A stretch of 63,288 bases of DNA, filler included, from Reticulomyxa filosa (GCA_000512085.1; 10 parts of 10 records of this genome joined end to end with filler, not necessarily neighbours in it); one strand, 5' to 3'; counted from the first letter of the whole stretch, positions 26,132-39,208 are shown. Made by a program: numbers and translations. Notes: generated from the letters alone by a model not told the origin.

Positions 26132-27216
26132 TTAGCGTTTCAAAGTGGACTGAGGTAACGGGGAGGTAGAGCGATGTATAGGAGGTGCGGAAACTCTAGC
26201 CTTTTGTTTGTTTTGATCTCTTTGGGAAAGATTGGGTAAACTAATCGATGGACTCAAAAAATCCGATCCCAATGCTATGTAGCAATATTTTTTGCAAACA
26301 CTAAAAATACAAAATAAAGAAAGATATGTTTCGTGTATATGTATAGACTTAATCCCAACCTGAGTGAGTACGATTGTGTTGTGCTCGTTTATTTAATGTT
26401 TCATACTCTTGTTGTAATTTAAAATACTGATTCTGGGTCATTAACAGCGTGTTTCGAATGCTCTCATTGCTCAACTCCAAAGTTTTGATGTGTTCTTCTT
26501 TGTTATGAAGTACTTCTTGCAATTCATGAATGTTTTGTTTTAAGTTAATTATTGCTTTATCTTTGTCGGTACTGACTGTGCTTGGTTCTGTAATTGAAGT
26601 TGTGTCACTTACACTCTTTTGATTTTTGCTATCCTTTTGTGCGGTGCTTGTGCTATCCGATCCGGTAGTGGAAGTGGTTTTTATTTCAATTTTAGGGATT
26701 ACTTTTTGCTGTTGCTGTTGCTGTTGTCGTGGCTTCTCATCATTGGCTGCTTTGTCATCGTGGCCTGCATTTGGAGTCTTGTTGTTTACTTGCTTTTCCT
26801 TGCCATTTGTGCGCGTGACATCTTCATTTTTCTTAATGGCATTATTGTCTTGTTCGTTTTTATTCTCTTTTTTGTCTGTCTCCAGTGTTTTCTATGTAAT
26901 GTATGTTTTACTTTGTTTGTCGACGAATTTCTCCCTTTCTCCCTCTTTCTCTCTTTTTTATGGACATTGTACATACATTCCCATTTGCTACAACGGTTGA
27001 TATTCCTTTTTTTTTTGGATTGTACCGAATTGTCAATCTCGTCATCTTGTTCATTGTGATGAAATATCGGAGTTTTGCTCGTTGTGCTGTCTGTTTCTGC
27101 GTCTTTTATCTTTCGTTCGGTTGGTGATTCCACTTTTGCATCTTCGTCAAGTGCTGCAGTAATGCACAGCACGTTCACACAACATCAACATCGAGTGCGG
27201 CAAAAAAAAAAAAAAA
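26132..27216 (-). CDS. Hypothetical charged/coiled-coil protein, 5'-truncated at the contig edge
   Basis: Coiled-coil segment IINLKQNIHELQEVLHNKEEHIKTLELSNE. Last exon ALGSDFLSP...STLKR* joins in frame (stop 26132-26134). Confidence 0.5.
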
Positions 27217-27316
27217 NNNNNNNNNNNNNNNNNNNNNNNNNNNNNNNNNNNNNNNNNNNNTTAATTAATTAANNNNNNNNNNNNNNNNNNNNNNNNNNNN
27301 NNNNNNNNNNNNNNNN
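27217..27316. other. Artificial contig spacer; identical spacers at 35141-35240, 36670-36769, 38036-38135, 46199-46298, 49874-49973, 51409-51508, 57401-57500 and 62026-62125
   Basis: Identical N44-TTAATTAATTAA-N44 100-mers carrying stops in all six frames. Confidence 0.98.
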
Positions 27317-27399
27317 CCCTCCCTTTTTTTTTTAAAGAGACGGAGGGGGGGAGGGAGGATGGAAAGAGGAATGAAAATTTTTTTTTTTTTTGCTTTTGT

Positions 27400-28344
27400 G
27401 TGAAAGCGTATGATTTGTTGAAGAAAGCATATAACTATCGCTTAAATGGCATCGCGCATGAAGAGGCTCTGTTTTCAATGCATTGTTTGGCGGGTGATGT
27501 TTGGGTGGAATGCCACCCCGTTGGATTTTTTTGGGACACAATGCTGCAGTACTTACATTACAATCAAAGGAACAAAAGGAAATTAGAAGAAAAAGATGAT
27601 GACGATGATTATTATTATCATGGTACGAACAGAAAACAAAACATGGTTGAAAATGAAAATCAATTTGAAAAGTGGAGTGAAAATGAGGTTGAACCAAGCA
27701 TTGATAAGTACTCGGAATGGAAGTATCAATGCATATTTTTAAAGCACATGTTGCGACGACAGATCTATTACAAACAACAAATTGCAAAACAACACAATGT
27801 AACAAATATTCGGGTAATTGCAAAGTCCCCTTCCATGACCTGGTGTCTGCCAGTGGTTAGGGAGTACTTTCAAGACTGTAAAATCATTTTGGTGGTTCGA
27901 GATCCAAAAGAGATGCTTTGCCGCAATTTGTCATTGATGCATAAGTCTTGGAGGACTTTGTATGGAAATGACTTAATGAAAAAACTTTGGAGTGCTGCGG
28001 CCAGAAATGTCATTTGGAGACGATATGAACAATCAACCAGAATTTTGGATTATCTTCACACTCTTTCTCCTCAGGATAAACATTGCTTAGTTATTCGTTA
28101 TGATCATTTAAAATACAATGTCAAAGAATGTGTTCAAAATATTTTCGAATTTGCTCAGCTACCTTGGAGTCAAGAATATGCCGAGTGGCTCCAATGTGAA
28201 CATCAAAAAAATATCAAAAAAAAACGCTTGTATGATGTTAATGATTTGCAACAATATCGGATACCTGTTCAACCTGTTCAAGAACTTTTTTCTTCTGTTT
28301 GTCAATATTTTCAATTTGACAAACAATGGTGTAAACCCACTTAA
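27400..28344 (+). CDS. P-loop sulfotransferase family protein (5'-partial)
   Basis: KSPSM...YFQDCKIILVVRDP (3'-PB-like motif) and LVIRYDHL...IFEFAQLPW are typical of the Sulfotransfer_3 family. Confidence 0.75.
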   Translation: MKAYDLLKKAYNYRLNGIAHEEALFSMHCLAGDVWVECHPVGFFWDTMLQYLHYNQRNKRKLEEKDDDDDYYYHGTNRKQNMVENENQFEKWSENEVEPSIDKYSEWKYQCIFLKHMLRRQIYYKQQIAKQHNVTNIRVIAKSPSMTWCLPVVREYFQDCKIILVVRDPKEMLCRNLSLMHKSWRTLYGNDLMKKLWSAAARNVIWRRYEQSTRILDYLHTLSPQDKHCLVIRYDHLKYNVKECVQNIFEFAQLPWSQEYAEWLQCEHQKNIKKKRLYDVNDLQQYRIPVQPVQELFSSVCQYFQFDKQWCKPT

Positions 28345-28867
28345 AAATAAGGCTTTTGCGACAATCGGTTCTTCAATATTAGTCTTCGCTCTCTTCAATA
28401 TTTTCAAGAGAGCGAAAAACGAGTAGGAAGAAAAACATAGCCAATAAATCACATTTCATACAAAATTTGTATGTGTGTAGGTTTTCGTATTTTTAATCGA
28501 ATTTTTCTTCTAGCGGAAATATTTATTAAAAATATATTAATATATTGAACCAAAAAACTCTTTTTATTGTGACAAACAAAATTTCTCATCTACCAAACAT
28601 TCATTTTAAGTCATATCATAGTTCTTGAGATTAGTTCAAGTACAAAAATTGTCAAAGGCTGTTTTTTTCATCTAGAAAACAGATTGTACAAAAACATTAG
28701 AAAAAAAAGGAAAATTATTTTTAAACAAGGACTTTCCTCAAACTACTTCAAGACAACTTTTATCAAACATTTTAAAACTCAGTGCAATAGATTTTTTTCC
28801 TGTTTTCTTTTTGTTTTTAACAATTTGACAAAGCAGTTAGGAGAAAAAAAAAGAGAAAAAAAAGTAT

Positions 28868-31230
28868 TTATTGGAACCCTTTCAATTGCTGAGAAGTTCC
28901 ACCAGCATTTTTTACAAAATCAGGCTGTGCTTGGATTAAAGCCGGATCTTCCAAGTCTCTCCATTTACCAGTGCCATGAGGATCTAGCAGATTGAAGAGA
29001 GAGCCTTTTTGTTGCATCTGCTTTACATATACGCTGAGTTTGTGATTTCCTTTCATATAATCGTTCTCAAAATCTATTTGATCTTTTGATTCGTCTTCGT
29101 CTTCGTCTTCATTTTCTTTTTCTTTTTCTTCTTCGTCTTCCTCTTCCTCTTCACTACCAATCTGATCAAACATGCCATGAAATTCATCAGCGTTCATGTT
29201 CGATTTCTCTGTCGATCGTGCTCCGACACCAGCAAAATTTTCTTTATGTTCTAATTTAGTCGCGATTTGTGAGATGACTCCACTGCTCTTGTCCAAAGCA
29301 AATCCAAGACACAATTGATTATATCGCTTGCATTGTCATATACATAAACATATGTACATACATATATACAAAAATAAAAAAAAAGTAAGTGTCAGTGAAA
29401 TACTCGTTTTGTAAAGCGTAGAAAGCTTGGAACCATGCATTCATTTCTTTTTCATTGTCACATGCAAAATAATACTTGCAAGTCCTGGTGGTGATTTTGA
29501 AAACAAAGTCTTTGTGTCCAGTATCGATAGTGTCATCGGACTGGCTCGAGTCTGTGGTATTTTTTTTGGCTGTGTGGCTGTTCCATTGCGAATATCTTTG
29601 CCATCGACAGTTTGGATGAACGTTTCATGCAAGGAAATATTCCCTTTCACGTACATTTGTACAGCTTGCTGAAAAAACGATTCACTGAAAAACACAATCG
29701 ATTTAAATTTTTGGCAATGGAAATCGCTGGCAAAATAGAACAGCCAGCCTTTCGACACTGCAAAATAGCGTTTCCTCCAAACCTCGGATTGTTTCGAATT
29801 TTTTTTCCACAAATAGCCTTCATGTGATGTCACCAGTTGTTTGGCACCATCGATGGCTTCTTTAAGGCGCAATAGCCATTCGTCCTTATTTTTTTTTTAG
29901 TGTACCCATAGCTTGTCGTACATTTTTTAAAAAAAGAGGAGAGGGGGGGGGTATGCAAGGCCCTTTTTTAAAAAGTTCCAAAACAAACCCGCTGTTTTTC
30001 AGTTTCTGCAGCCATGACCCAATTTCGGTCTGGCGTCAACAGCTGTATGGTATACGGAAGCCTATAAATATATAAATATGTATGTATACATATATATAGA
30101 TATGTTTATATATTTATATTTATATATCTACACAAATAACATCACAAACAACAATAATATTGACATTACGTCGTAGCAATTTTGAAATATTGTTATCATC
30201 ATTACTATTCTCAAAAAAAAAAAATTAGGATACTATAAAAAAAAAAAAAAAAAAAAAGTGAACATTGAAATATATCATATTAAATTCCTCTCAACGTATA
30301 CTGCTCGGGATCCCCAGGACAAATGAGCAAGACTTGACGAAGAAGAATGACCCCCATGGACTGCATATTATGTTCATTATCGTAATATCGCATTTCATGA
30401 GTGTCAAAGATCACAAACCATCGTTTTTTCCACGATTTGCGTTTTTCGCCGCGCTTGGTCAGCCACCCTTGGAACAGTCGACCACCAAACGTCGCGTTTT
30501 CAATGGCATATCGCCACCCCTCCAAGTCTGTGCTATCTTTGGCACACAGCACAAATGTGCGCTTCGCCGTGACTATAGCAAACGCAAAGTCTTTGTCCAC
30601 AAACGCCGGCAGTCGCTGCTTTTTTTTCAAATCCGACCCATTTTGTTTGTTGATGTTGTTGTTAGTATCGCTCGCGCGCGGTGATCCTATTGGCGTCGAG
30701 TCATCGCCGCTACCGTACAAGTCTTCGCTTAGCGTTGTCCCACCATCTGCTAATCCTGTGTTACTGCGTTGCAAAAAGTTCACGTAGCCACCGTCCATAA
30801 CCCTTTTCTTTTTTTTTTTTTTTTTTTTTACACATAAACACATAAAAATATACAAAATACACACACACGCAAAATCGGAGAGGGGAGGGGGAAAAAAAAA
30901 AAAAAAAAAAAAAAGTAAACCATTTGAATGATAGTCACTTAGCGATTCGGTCGTTTTGCGAGTCTCTTTGTTCTGCATTTTTTGATGCGACTCTTGTGTT
31001 GGGATCAAATGGATTGATTGCACGCCAGACAGATCAATTGCACCGGCTGGATTTTTTTTTTTAACGTAGTCCTCATGTTTCTCAAAGTAAGATAGCTTCC
31101 TCCCTTCGTACAACACAAAGTATCGCTTCTTCCATGACTTGTTGATCTTCCCTTTTTTAAATAGAAGGCCTTCGCGAATTGGCTTTCCTTGTCCATCTTC
31201 ATTCATTGCTGAATCACCCTCCGATGCCAT
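28868..31230 (-). CDS. Triple pleckstrin-homology (PH) domain protein with acidic tail; multi-exon
   Basis: Three PH beta1-beta2 signatures: REGLLFKKGKINKSWKKRYFVL, QGWLTKRGEKRKSWKKRWFV and HEGYLWKKNSKQSEVWRKRYFAV. C-terminal helices DLEGWRYAI and EWLLRLKEAI. Confidence 0.85.
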
Positions 31231-31855
31231 TCTTATGTTTTCCGACCCTCGTTGCTAACACAATTTTTTCAAAGATGATGATGATTGCTTTTATAACGTG
31301 CTTTGAGGGATACACAAATTAATTGAAGCAAATATAACTTGTTTGTTTTGGTTGGACTCTCAACCACAGAACAAAGATTAATATAACAAAAAAAAAAATA
31401 TCAATGATAGTCTCCCTTTCACTGCCTGCTTTTTTTTTTGGTTTAAAAAAAATATTGTAGTAATATTTAACGTGGCTACCCCTACTCAAGAAAGAGGTAT
31501 GGGCAATCTTAACTCTTCTTACTGCTCATTTTTGGTTTCGCTAATGCAGTGCCGAATTTCAATTCGGAAATTGTCAAAAAAAGCTGTACAAATGCAAGGA
31601 TTTGGACATGGAAACAGTTACAAGAGCGAGTGTAGAAGTTAGCAAAGAATTTCAACTATCAATTGATAAAAAATTTGAACAGATTCAAGCTATATATTCA
31701 TGCACGAATTGTATTGTAAAAAAATTCAAAGCCTGGAATCAAACAAACGAGTGAACAAATAAACAAATAAAAAAATGGACGACATCAACAACGAAAAAAA
31801 AAACAACCCAAGATTGAATATAGCAAGCGCTGGAAGGGTGTGATATAATGTACAT

Positions 31856-33452
31856 TTAACCACAAAGACGTTGACGGCAGCGAAAACGGTACCAAATGAT
31901 TTCCAGAGCAAAAGCGAGCAAATAAAGCAAGTACCAAGAAACGAGCCATCCACGTTGAGTGACCCCAGCAAAAAGGGAGTAGATAAGCCAAACTAGCGGC
32001 ATGATCCCAGTGATAACATAAGCAAAGCTGGCCCAGACCGTGGCCACCAGCAAAGCAGTAAACATTTGTTCAAGTCTTTGAATATGAGCGCCATTACTGA
32101 CTTTGCGTTTAGTGGGAATGAGATACTTTATATGAAAACGCTCAATATTGACATTTTCCCATAAATCTAAGCAAAGCGATCCTATTGTTTGTATTGGCAT
32201 ACAAGTAACTAATAGCAAATATATGTACATATATATATGTATATGTGTGTGTATTTATAATAAAATACCATTTCTAGCACTGACGGAATAGACGTAAACA
32301 GCAAGCAGAATAACAAAGGTGAAGAAGACGATGCAGACAACGACAATGGAAATGACAAACCAGACAATGGGATAGTTGGAAGTGAGCAGACCTTTGGAAC
32401 CGGCGACCAATAAGGAAAAGGGACTAAACACTTGAGCCATAAGAAGCAGATAGGAAAGACGGAAGAAATTCCAAGCCCAAAACAATGTCAAGTCGTTGTT
32501 GGTGACAGTGATATCATCGGCGCCAATGACAGACCGGTGTTGGGACCGAGCGTTAGATGACGACAGCAGCAGCATGTAGGGCAAGTACTTGCGAAAGCAA
32601 TACTCGCACGTAACACCAAACAACAGCAGATTGAATATCAGCGCGAGGACGTACCACACGTTATATTGCGAGGATTGCCACAGCCGAGTCCAAGGCATTG
32701 CGAGTGCGTACAAATGCGGATACTGGTTAGTCGTCGTGTCCATCGATAAACATAAGTAGGGATTCTTTTGCCCATTTATGCCCAGCTTGTACAAGTTGCA
32801 GGGATAGCGAAGTTTATGTGAGTGATACGCCTTGGTGAACGCCGCCTTGTCCCACGTCGTTATCGACAAGCTGCTGTTACTTCCATCGCGAGTAAAGCAC
32901 ACCAATGCGTATTCGTACGCCTTGCCACAGTCTCCGGTCAACAATGTGTATCCGCTCTTCACTACCGCCCCTATCGTGTATTCGTCTAATGCTTCGTCCT
33001 TCATACATGTTTTATCGCACTGCATCGCAAACGCGCTGTTCAACTTTTATTTTTATTATTACCGTTATTGGTATGGAATATATAATTTAAAAAAAAAAAA
33101 AAAATTGAAGTATACGTAGTTTTAACCATTTATTCCCTCCCCCTTTTTTTTTTTTTTTTTCCTTAAAAAAAAAAAAAAAAAAATTTTAAACTGAAAAACT
33201 GCCCACGCAAAAAGCTATGACCAATAAGAAATAACAACAAAACCAAAGATAATTGCACAGCGACATTTGGCAACGCGTTATGGTGGCCAATGGGTTCTCA
33301 TAGGCCAATGGCGAAGTTGCGGCTGTGTTGCTTGCGGGTGAGACAACCACTTCCTCTTCTTTCGCATATGGATGCTTTCGGATACTTACTATCGATGGCT
33401 TGCTCGAGTTACTTGGATTCATCGTTGCTGCTACCACTTTCTGCGGTTCCAT
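31856..33452 (-). CDS. Hypothetical polytopic membrane protein with Cys-containing lumenal loop; 3 or more exons
   Basis: Exon ORFs 33452-~33190, 33043-~32270 and ~32180-31856, with several hydrophobic helices. The NG|SLCLD junction is in frame. Confidence 0.6.
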
Positions 33453-34116
33453 TGTTGCTTTTGGTCATTTTTTTTTTTTTTTGAATATTTTTTTTTTTTT
33501 TTTGGTTAGATCCCTTTTTTCAAATTTATAGTTTACAGTGCGAATTATTTGAAACCGTGTGTTTGATGTTTTTTGTCTGACTGTTTTTTGGTTGCAGACA
33601 GACTTGGGGCAACAACAATCACCAACTCTGTGCAAAGTTAGCTGCTTTTCTCAACCCTTCAGTGGTCCCCACTGGCTTAGTGAAACCACTGACTTGGGCA
33701 GTGCTGCGATACTGCGACTTTCTTTGTCCAGCAAAAGTTATTGCCATTTCTGTCCCTTCTTCTTTCTTCTCTTCATCATAGTACTCTTTCTTTTCTTCTT
33801 CATGGTCCTCATTCATAGACAAGTCAAACGCATAAGGCAATATCGCTTCTTGAGATATCATTTTTGCTTTTAATAAACGCTCATTCACCCTTTTTTTCAC
33901 CCAACCGTCACCAACAAAATGCGTGCAAATAACATATGTGAAAGGACACGATAATTGGTAAACATCATGCCCTCTGAAATATTTTATAAATACGCACGCC
34001 TGAATCGTATTAAAAAATGTATATTCATTCGTTTGACAGCAAATTGTAACACCAAAAAAAATTAATAAGTGAAAAAAGTACAAAACTTGCTGTAAAATAA
34101 AACACTTTTTCAAGTT

Positions 34117-34347
34117 TGTGGGACGTCAGCTGGAAGAGGTTGTACTAAATGTAATACGAAAATGGTTTTGCTCAAGAAACCAATGTTCGATAAAACAAAA
34201 GTAAATTAAATAAAAGAAAGATGAATAACGCAACAAAAGAAGAAAAAACAAAACAAAAGAGTAAGTGAAGTTGGTTGAGGAGTTTTAGCCCACTGGGGAC
34301 TCCCAGGTTCCTTCAACGTTCAGATATTTGTAGGGCCTTGCCCTACA
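34117..34347 (+). mobile_element. Solo LTR (231 bp, TG...CA) with 4-bp TSD AGTT; strand is relative to the other copy
   Basis: agtt|TGTGGGACGTC...CCCTACA|agtt. Homologous along its length to the inverted copy at 39209-39438. Confidence 0.82.
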
Positions 34348-34744
34348 AGTTTAATATTTTTTACCGATTTGTGCAATGGAACAATCGTCACACTTTGTTT
34401 ATGTTTCTACAAAATATTGAAGGTTAACTTGCAACATTTTCACCAAAACAAAATTAATAATAATCTCTTTCTTAGAAATAAAAAAGAATTTCTTTTTTAT
34501 GTGGGATGCATAGATTATTACGATGTTTAAAAAAAGACACTTTGTATGATATGGAATATTTTTTAGCTCATTTTATTAATAACATGTGTATCAACCAAAC
34601 ATCAAAACAAAAACAAAACATTTTAGCAAAAAACGATATTTTCTCTTCCCCTCCACTCTTCCCAGAGCCAAACAAAAAAAAGTAGAAAAAAACGAGATTG
34701 TATAATGGATAATAATATGTTTACTGATCACTTAGAACTGGGTC

Positions 34745-35060
34745 CTAACGATTATCGGTTAAAGGTGATGTAAGACTAGCGCTGCTTTTTTGGATGAGAA
34801 TTTCTGTATCACGATTGGGAATACTTTGAGTGGCAAGAGTACTCGAAGAAGTATTAGAAGCTCGAGTCTGTTGCGGTTCAAGTTTTCTTGGGGACAAGCG
34901 TTGTTGAGATACTTGCAGCGCTTTGTTTTTTTTGACAATTTCGTTGCAATAGAGCACGGCATCATTAATGGTGATGAACATGTTGGATGAGTCCACTCCA
35001 TAATGTCCCGCATTATGTATTCTTGCCAAAATGTCGCGAACAGGTCCTTTGATGTGAACA
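34745..35060 (-). CDS. Terminal exon of an unidentified gene (5'-truncated)
   Basis: Open frame GPVRDILARIHNAGHYG...SPLTDNR*, preceded by an intron-like (GCTT)n/poly-T tract at the contig edge. Confidence 0.45.
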
Positions 35061-35240
35061 TTGCAAGCAAGCAAGCAAGCAAGCAATGATAAAAATCAAT
35101 CGATGGAATATATAAAGCAATAAAACAAAAAAAAAAAAAANNNNNNNNNNNNNNNNNNNNNNNNNNNNNNNNNNNNNNNNNNNNTTAATTAATTAANNNN
35201 NNNNNNNNNNNNNNNNNNNNNNNNNNNNNNNNNNNNNNNN

Positions 35241-36669
35241 CTAAAATGCGAGTAAATTTTCGGATCAGTTTGATCTTCTCCTCCACCTCCTCGAAATTGT
35301 AGCAATTGATGGCAGCCTTCACAATAAAAGTCAATGGCTTTCTGCGGAATAGTTTTGTCCCGCCAATTCTTTTTTATGGCCAATCAATTTCGAAATTTTT
35401 TCATCTATTCTCTGAACTTCTTTGTCAAAATTGCTTTTTTCTTTTTCAAAATTTATAATATTCATTTTTATTTCATCTTCAATGGATTGGATTCGGGAAT
35501 CTAATTTTTGTGCACTCTTCAATTCTTTTTGTTGTAAATATGCATTGGCATGATTGAGACTTTCGGCATACACTCTTAATTTCTTTAATTGTTCTTTAAT
35601 CTCTTTTTGATAATTCGCACTTCTTTTTTCCAATGAAAATTCATGCTCAATTGTGGACACTGTCGCTCGAATTGCACGTTCAATTTTCATCCCGACTTCT
35701 TTGGAATGATCGGCAATTTCTGGAATGATTGACTCTAAACTACTTAATTTCTCCAAATGCTCAACTATCTTGCGACCTTGCTCCAAATGATCTGGATGAT
35801 CGATATCCAATTCTAAATATTTGTTCGACTGGTTTCAATTCATTTAAATGCAAAATCAACTTTTCTTTGACTGCATCCATCAAATTATCGCCTCTTCCTT
35901 CTTGACGCTCCTCAATCCATTTGGATCGATACACACAATCTATACACTCAAAAAATCCATTGTAATCAAACGACGGATCTTGTTTCATCAACAAAGGGAG
36001 CATCAATTCGACATCCTTATGAATGTCACGCACATATCCAAATATTCTTTCAATAATTTGGAAATAACTTCGTTAAGTCCTTTGTTCCACTGATTTTATT
36101 TTGCGAAGATTATCCATGACGAACATAAAATCTTTGATTTCATCAAAGGCCTTATATCTATGTTTTTCAAAAAGAGAGCCAATCTTTTGACTAATTCTTT
36201 TAAAATACATAACGACTTTATCTAAAAACGACTGAAACACTTGTTTGGTATGTTTGTCGAGATTGATATGTTGGCAAAGCAGTTCAAATTTTTTTTTTTT
36301 TTTTTTGCAGTTCAAACACGTTTGTTGCTGTTTCTAGTATCGCAGCACTTGTCTCCAATTGTTCAATGTCAGATTTACCAAGTTTTTCAATTTGAGCAAA
36401 TGAAAAGGTGTCATCTTTTTCTTTTGTGTGGAAATTAGACTCATCCTTTATTGCTTTTTTGACCACACCAAGTCCCTCATTCGTCAACGTACGTAAATAA
36501 ATTAATAATTGAGTTTCCAAATTTGTAATTTCTTGTTTGATATCAAATAAACAAACTAAATGGGATTGAAGAGACAATGCTTTTACAAGTGCATCCAAAT
36601 TTTTTAACATCTCTTTAAAGTTGTGATTTTCAAGACATCCTTTTGCATTGTTTACATAATTGGTCAGAT
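35241..36669 (-). pseudogene. Internal fragment of a large helical protein gene, disrupted by an insertion and frameshifts
   Basis: Four overlapping minus-strand ORFs that read as one protein once a 28-nt insertion/duplication (36279-36316) and a 1-nt indel near 35833 are removed. Confidence 0.55.
36279..36316 (-). mobile_element. Poly(A)18 insertion flanked by a 10-bp target-site duplication
   Basis: Plus strand reads GCAGTTCAAA-T18-GCAGTTCAAA. Removing it restores the frame NVFELLCQH. Confidence 0.75.
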
Positions 36670-37998
36670 NNNNNNNNNNNNNNNNNNNNNNNNNNNNNNN
36701 NNNNNNNNNNNNNTTAATTAATTAANNNNNNNNNNNNNNNNNNNNNNNNNNNNNNNNNNNNNNNNNNNNCAAAAATAATAAAAATGATTAAAAAACGCAA
36801 ATATCGAACTACACTTAGCTAAAAAAATAAAGGACAAAATATTGAAATAATTAGTAAATATATAATAAAAAACCAAAATGATATTTAAAAACTACAATAT
36901 TAATATACATTTTTAAAAATTATGTATGAATGTTGTTTTTTCATTAAAAAAATCAATTAATAGCAATATTGTTCAGTAATAACTTTATTTTTTCTTTGAC
37001 GTACGGTGATATCTAATAATATGTAAATTCACTTTAATTTTATGTTTTTTTCATCAAAAAAAATTTGCCTTTAGCCATTAAGAAAATGAAATGATGTTAT
37101 CCAATTATCTTTAATGCAAATACATTTGTCATTTATTTTTGTTGTTTATTCATCCATCTTTCTAAACAAATAGCAAATCATCTATACTGTAACTGTTGTT
37201 GCCTATTTCATGATAGATCATGTTAAAACTTCTTTTCCACAGCAAAAATATATAACAAATTGATATGATAGTTGCAACAACGTTTGTCCATAAATTCCTT
37301 CTTTTTTTCTTTATATTTTATTGTACTCTTTGATTGATTTATTCTTTTCAAATAAATATAACTCTTCATTGCCCAATCCATATTCTTTCAATATCCAGTA
37401 AAATTTTATATAATTCAATATTTTTACTAATATGCATAGTTCATTCGATGCATTGATCATTTATTAAATCTTTGCAACCTGAATATCATCTGAAGTACTT
37501 ACATAACTTATGAAAAGCAGTTTGATTTTTTTCATTCTCTGATGTCACACTTTTCAATCCACGATTGTGCAAATTCAAATGATACAATTTAGAATATTGA
37601 AATTATATTTATTGAAATACAGTAATATTGCACAAATATGTTCTAATTGAAGTAAATATCATTCAATACTACATCTTCGTCAACTCTTGCTTCACAATTA
37701 TCAAATTCATATTTAAGTCTTATCAATTCATTTCCATGAATAGGCTGTGTTTTTATTTGTATTTGATGTTTGGTTCTCAAAACCTTGTTTCAGTTCATTG
37801 ACTAAGGATCCAACAACTCTTTATATGTTGCAATTATGTCTCTCCAAGTAACTTTGAATGAGTTGTTGCTATTTTGCTTTTTTTGTTACGTTGAAATGTT
37901 TTAGTTCTTTTATTGTTGCTCTTTTTTCTTTTAGCGTCTTTTTTACGTTTGCTTCGTTTCGTTCCCTTTGTTAGGCGTTGAAAAAGTTTTTAAATATA

Positions 37999-38035
37999 CA
38001 GTATGTTGCAAAGAAAACTGAACGCCTAAAACGAT
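37999..38035. mobile_element. Second MITE copy, truncated by the contig end
   Basis: TA|CAGTATGTTGCAAAGAAAACTGAACGCCTAAAAC is identical to the left arm at 16557. Confidence 0.85.
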
Positions 38036-38135
38036 NNNNNNNNNNNNNNNNNNNNNNNNNNNNNNNNNNNNNNNNNNNNTTAATTAATTAANNNNNNNNN
38101 NNNNNNNNNNNNNNNNNNNNNNNNNNNNNNNNNNN

Positions 38136-38545
38136 CGTCGTGGATATGTTTGAGGTGTAAATATCGAATGCCTTCTTAGTCAAAACAATGCGTGCTGATT
38201 GACTCTTATCAATTGCAACTGATGGTGTCTCTATCACAGTGTGCATTCATTTATGTATTATGTGATATATCATTCAAAATTACTTTAACAAACAAATATA
38301 AAACATGTTTACCTTGTCTTGCAACCACCATTTCAATCGTGGAAATGACTTCATTGATGATGATATTGCATTTCACACACGAATCAATGGAGACGGATTT
38401 GACCTTGCCAGGGACGGTAAAAGTGGCATCATCACACAGAGACTAATACATACATTGGATTTTATATCCCTCATTGTAATTTTCTCCAATCCATCGTCCA
38501 CCAACAAACTTTATTCCAGCAGGGCCTTTTTCACGCTGTTCTATT
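38136..38545 (-). pseudogene. Cyclase-associated protein (CAP) C-terminal CARP domain, frameshifted fragment
   Basis: CDDATFTVPGKVKSVSIDSCVKCNIIINEVISTIEM and TPSVAIDKSQSARIVL...DIYTSN resemble CAP_C. At least two frameshifts. Confidence 0.55.
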
Positions 38546-39208
38546 TCATTTTTTCAAACACACTTTTTTTTAGTTAAAAAAAAAAATGTCTATTTTGCGT
38601 ATTGTATTTGCGAAAAAATAATACATTATTTTATTTTTTTCAGATTTAATATTCAACACTTCAAGATCTGCATACGTACGAGTAAAAGCTCTCATCATGT
38701 TCTCATAAAAATAGTGTTGGTGTAGTCGTTAACTTGTTGTATTTCTCTTACACTGTTCTCAGCCGTTCAAATTTGCTGCTCAGCAACTATTTTACAATGT
38801 GAAATTTGAAACAATTTAGGTCAATTGCAACGGAAAAAAAATTTAATTAGTTTTATTTTTTGTCCTGGGGAAGGTACTCGTTTATACGTGCAAAAATTAC
38901 ACAAGCCTGTAGCAAAAGTTGATCAATTTTTCATAAAATTTTTGTACTGGGCAAACAAAGTTATTAATGCAGCAAGATTTTATATTTAAAAAAACTAATA
39001 TTTATACTTTTCGTTAGATAATGCATATTCTCATTATTGAAACAGGTTGTCAATAAAGGTTCATTGAAATACAAAAAACTATTAAAATAAGACAAAATTT
39101 TGTCAATATAGTGTGCCTTGACGATGAAAAAGAACCAATATGTCAGATTAAGTTGGCGAGATCAATCAATAGTTATAAAAATACACTCGGCTTTAATCTG
39201 AATCATTG

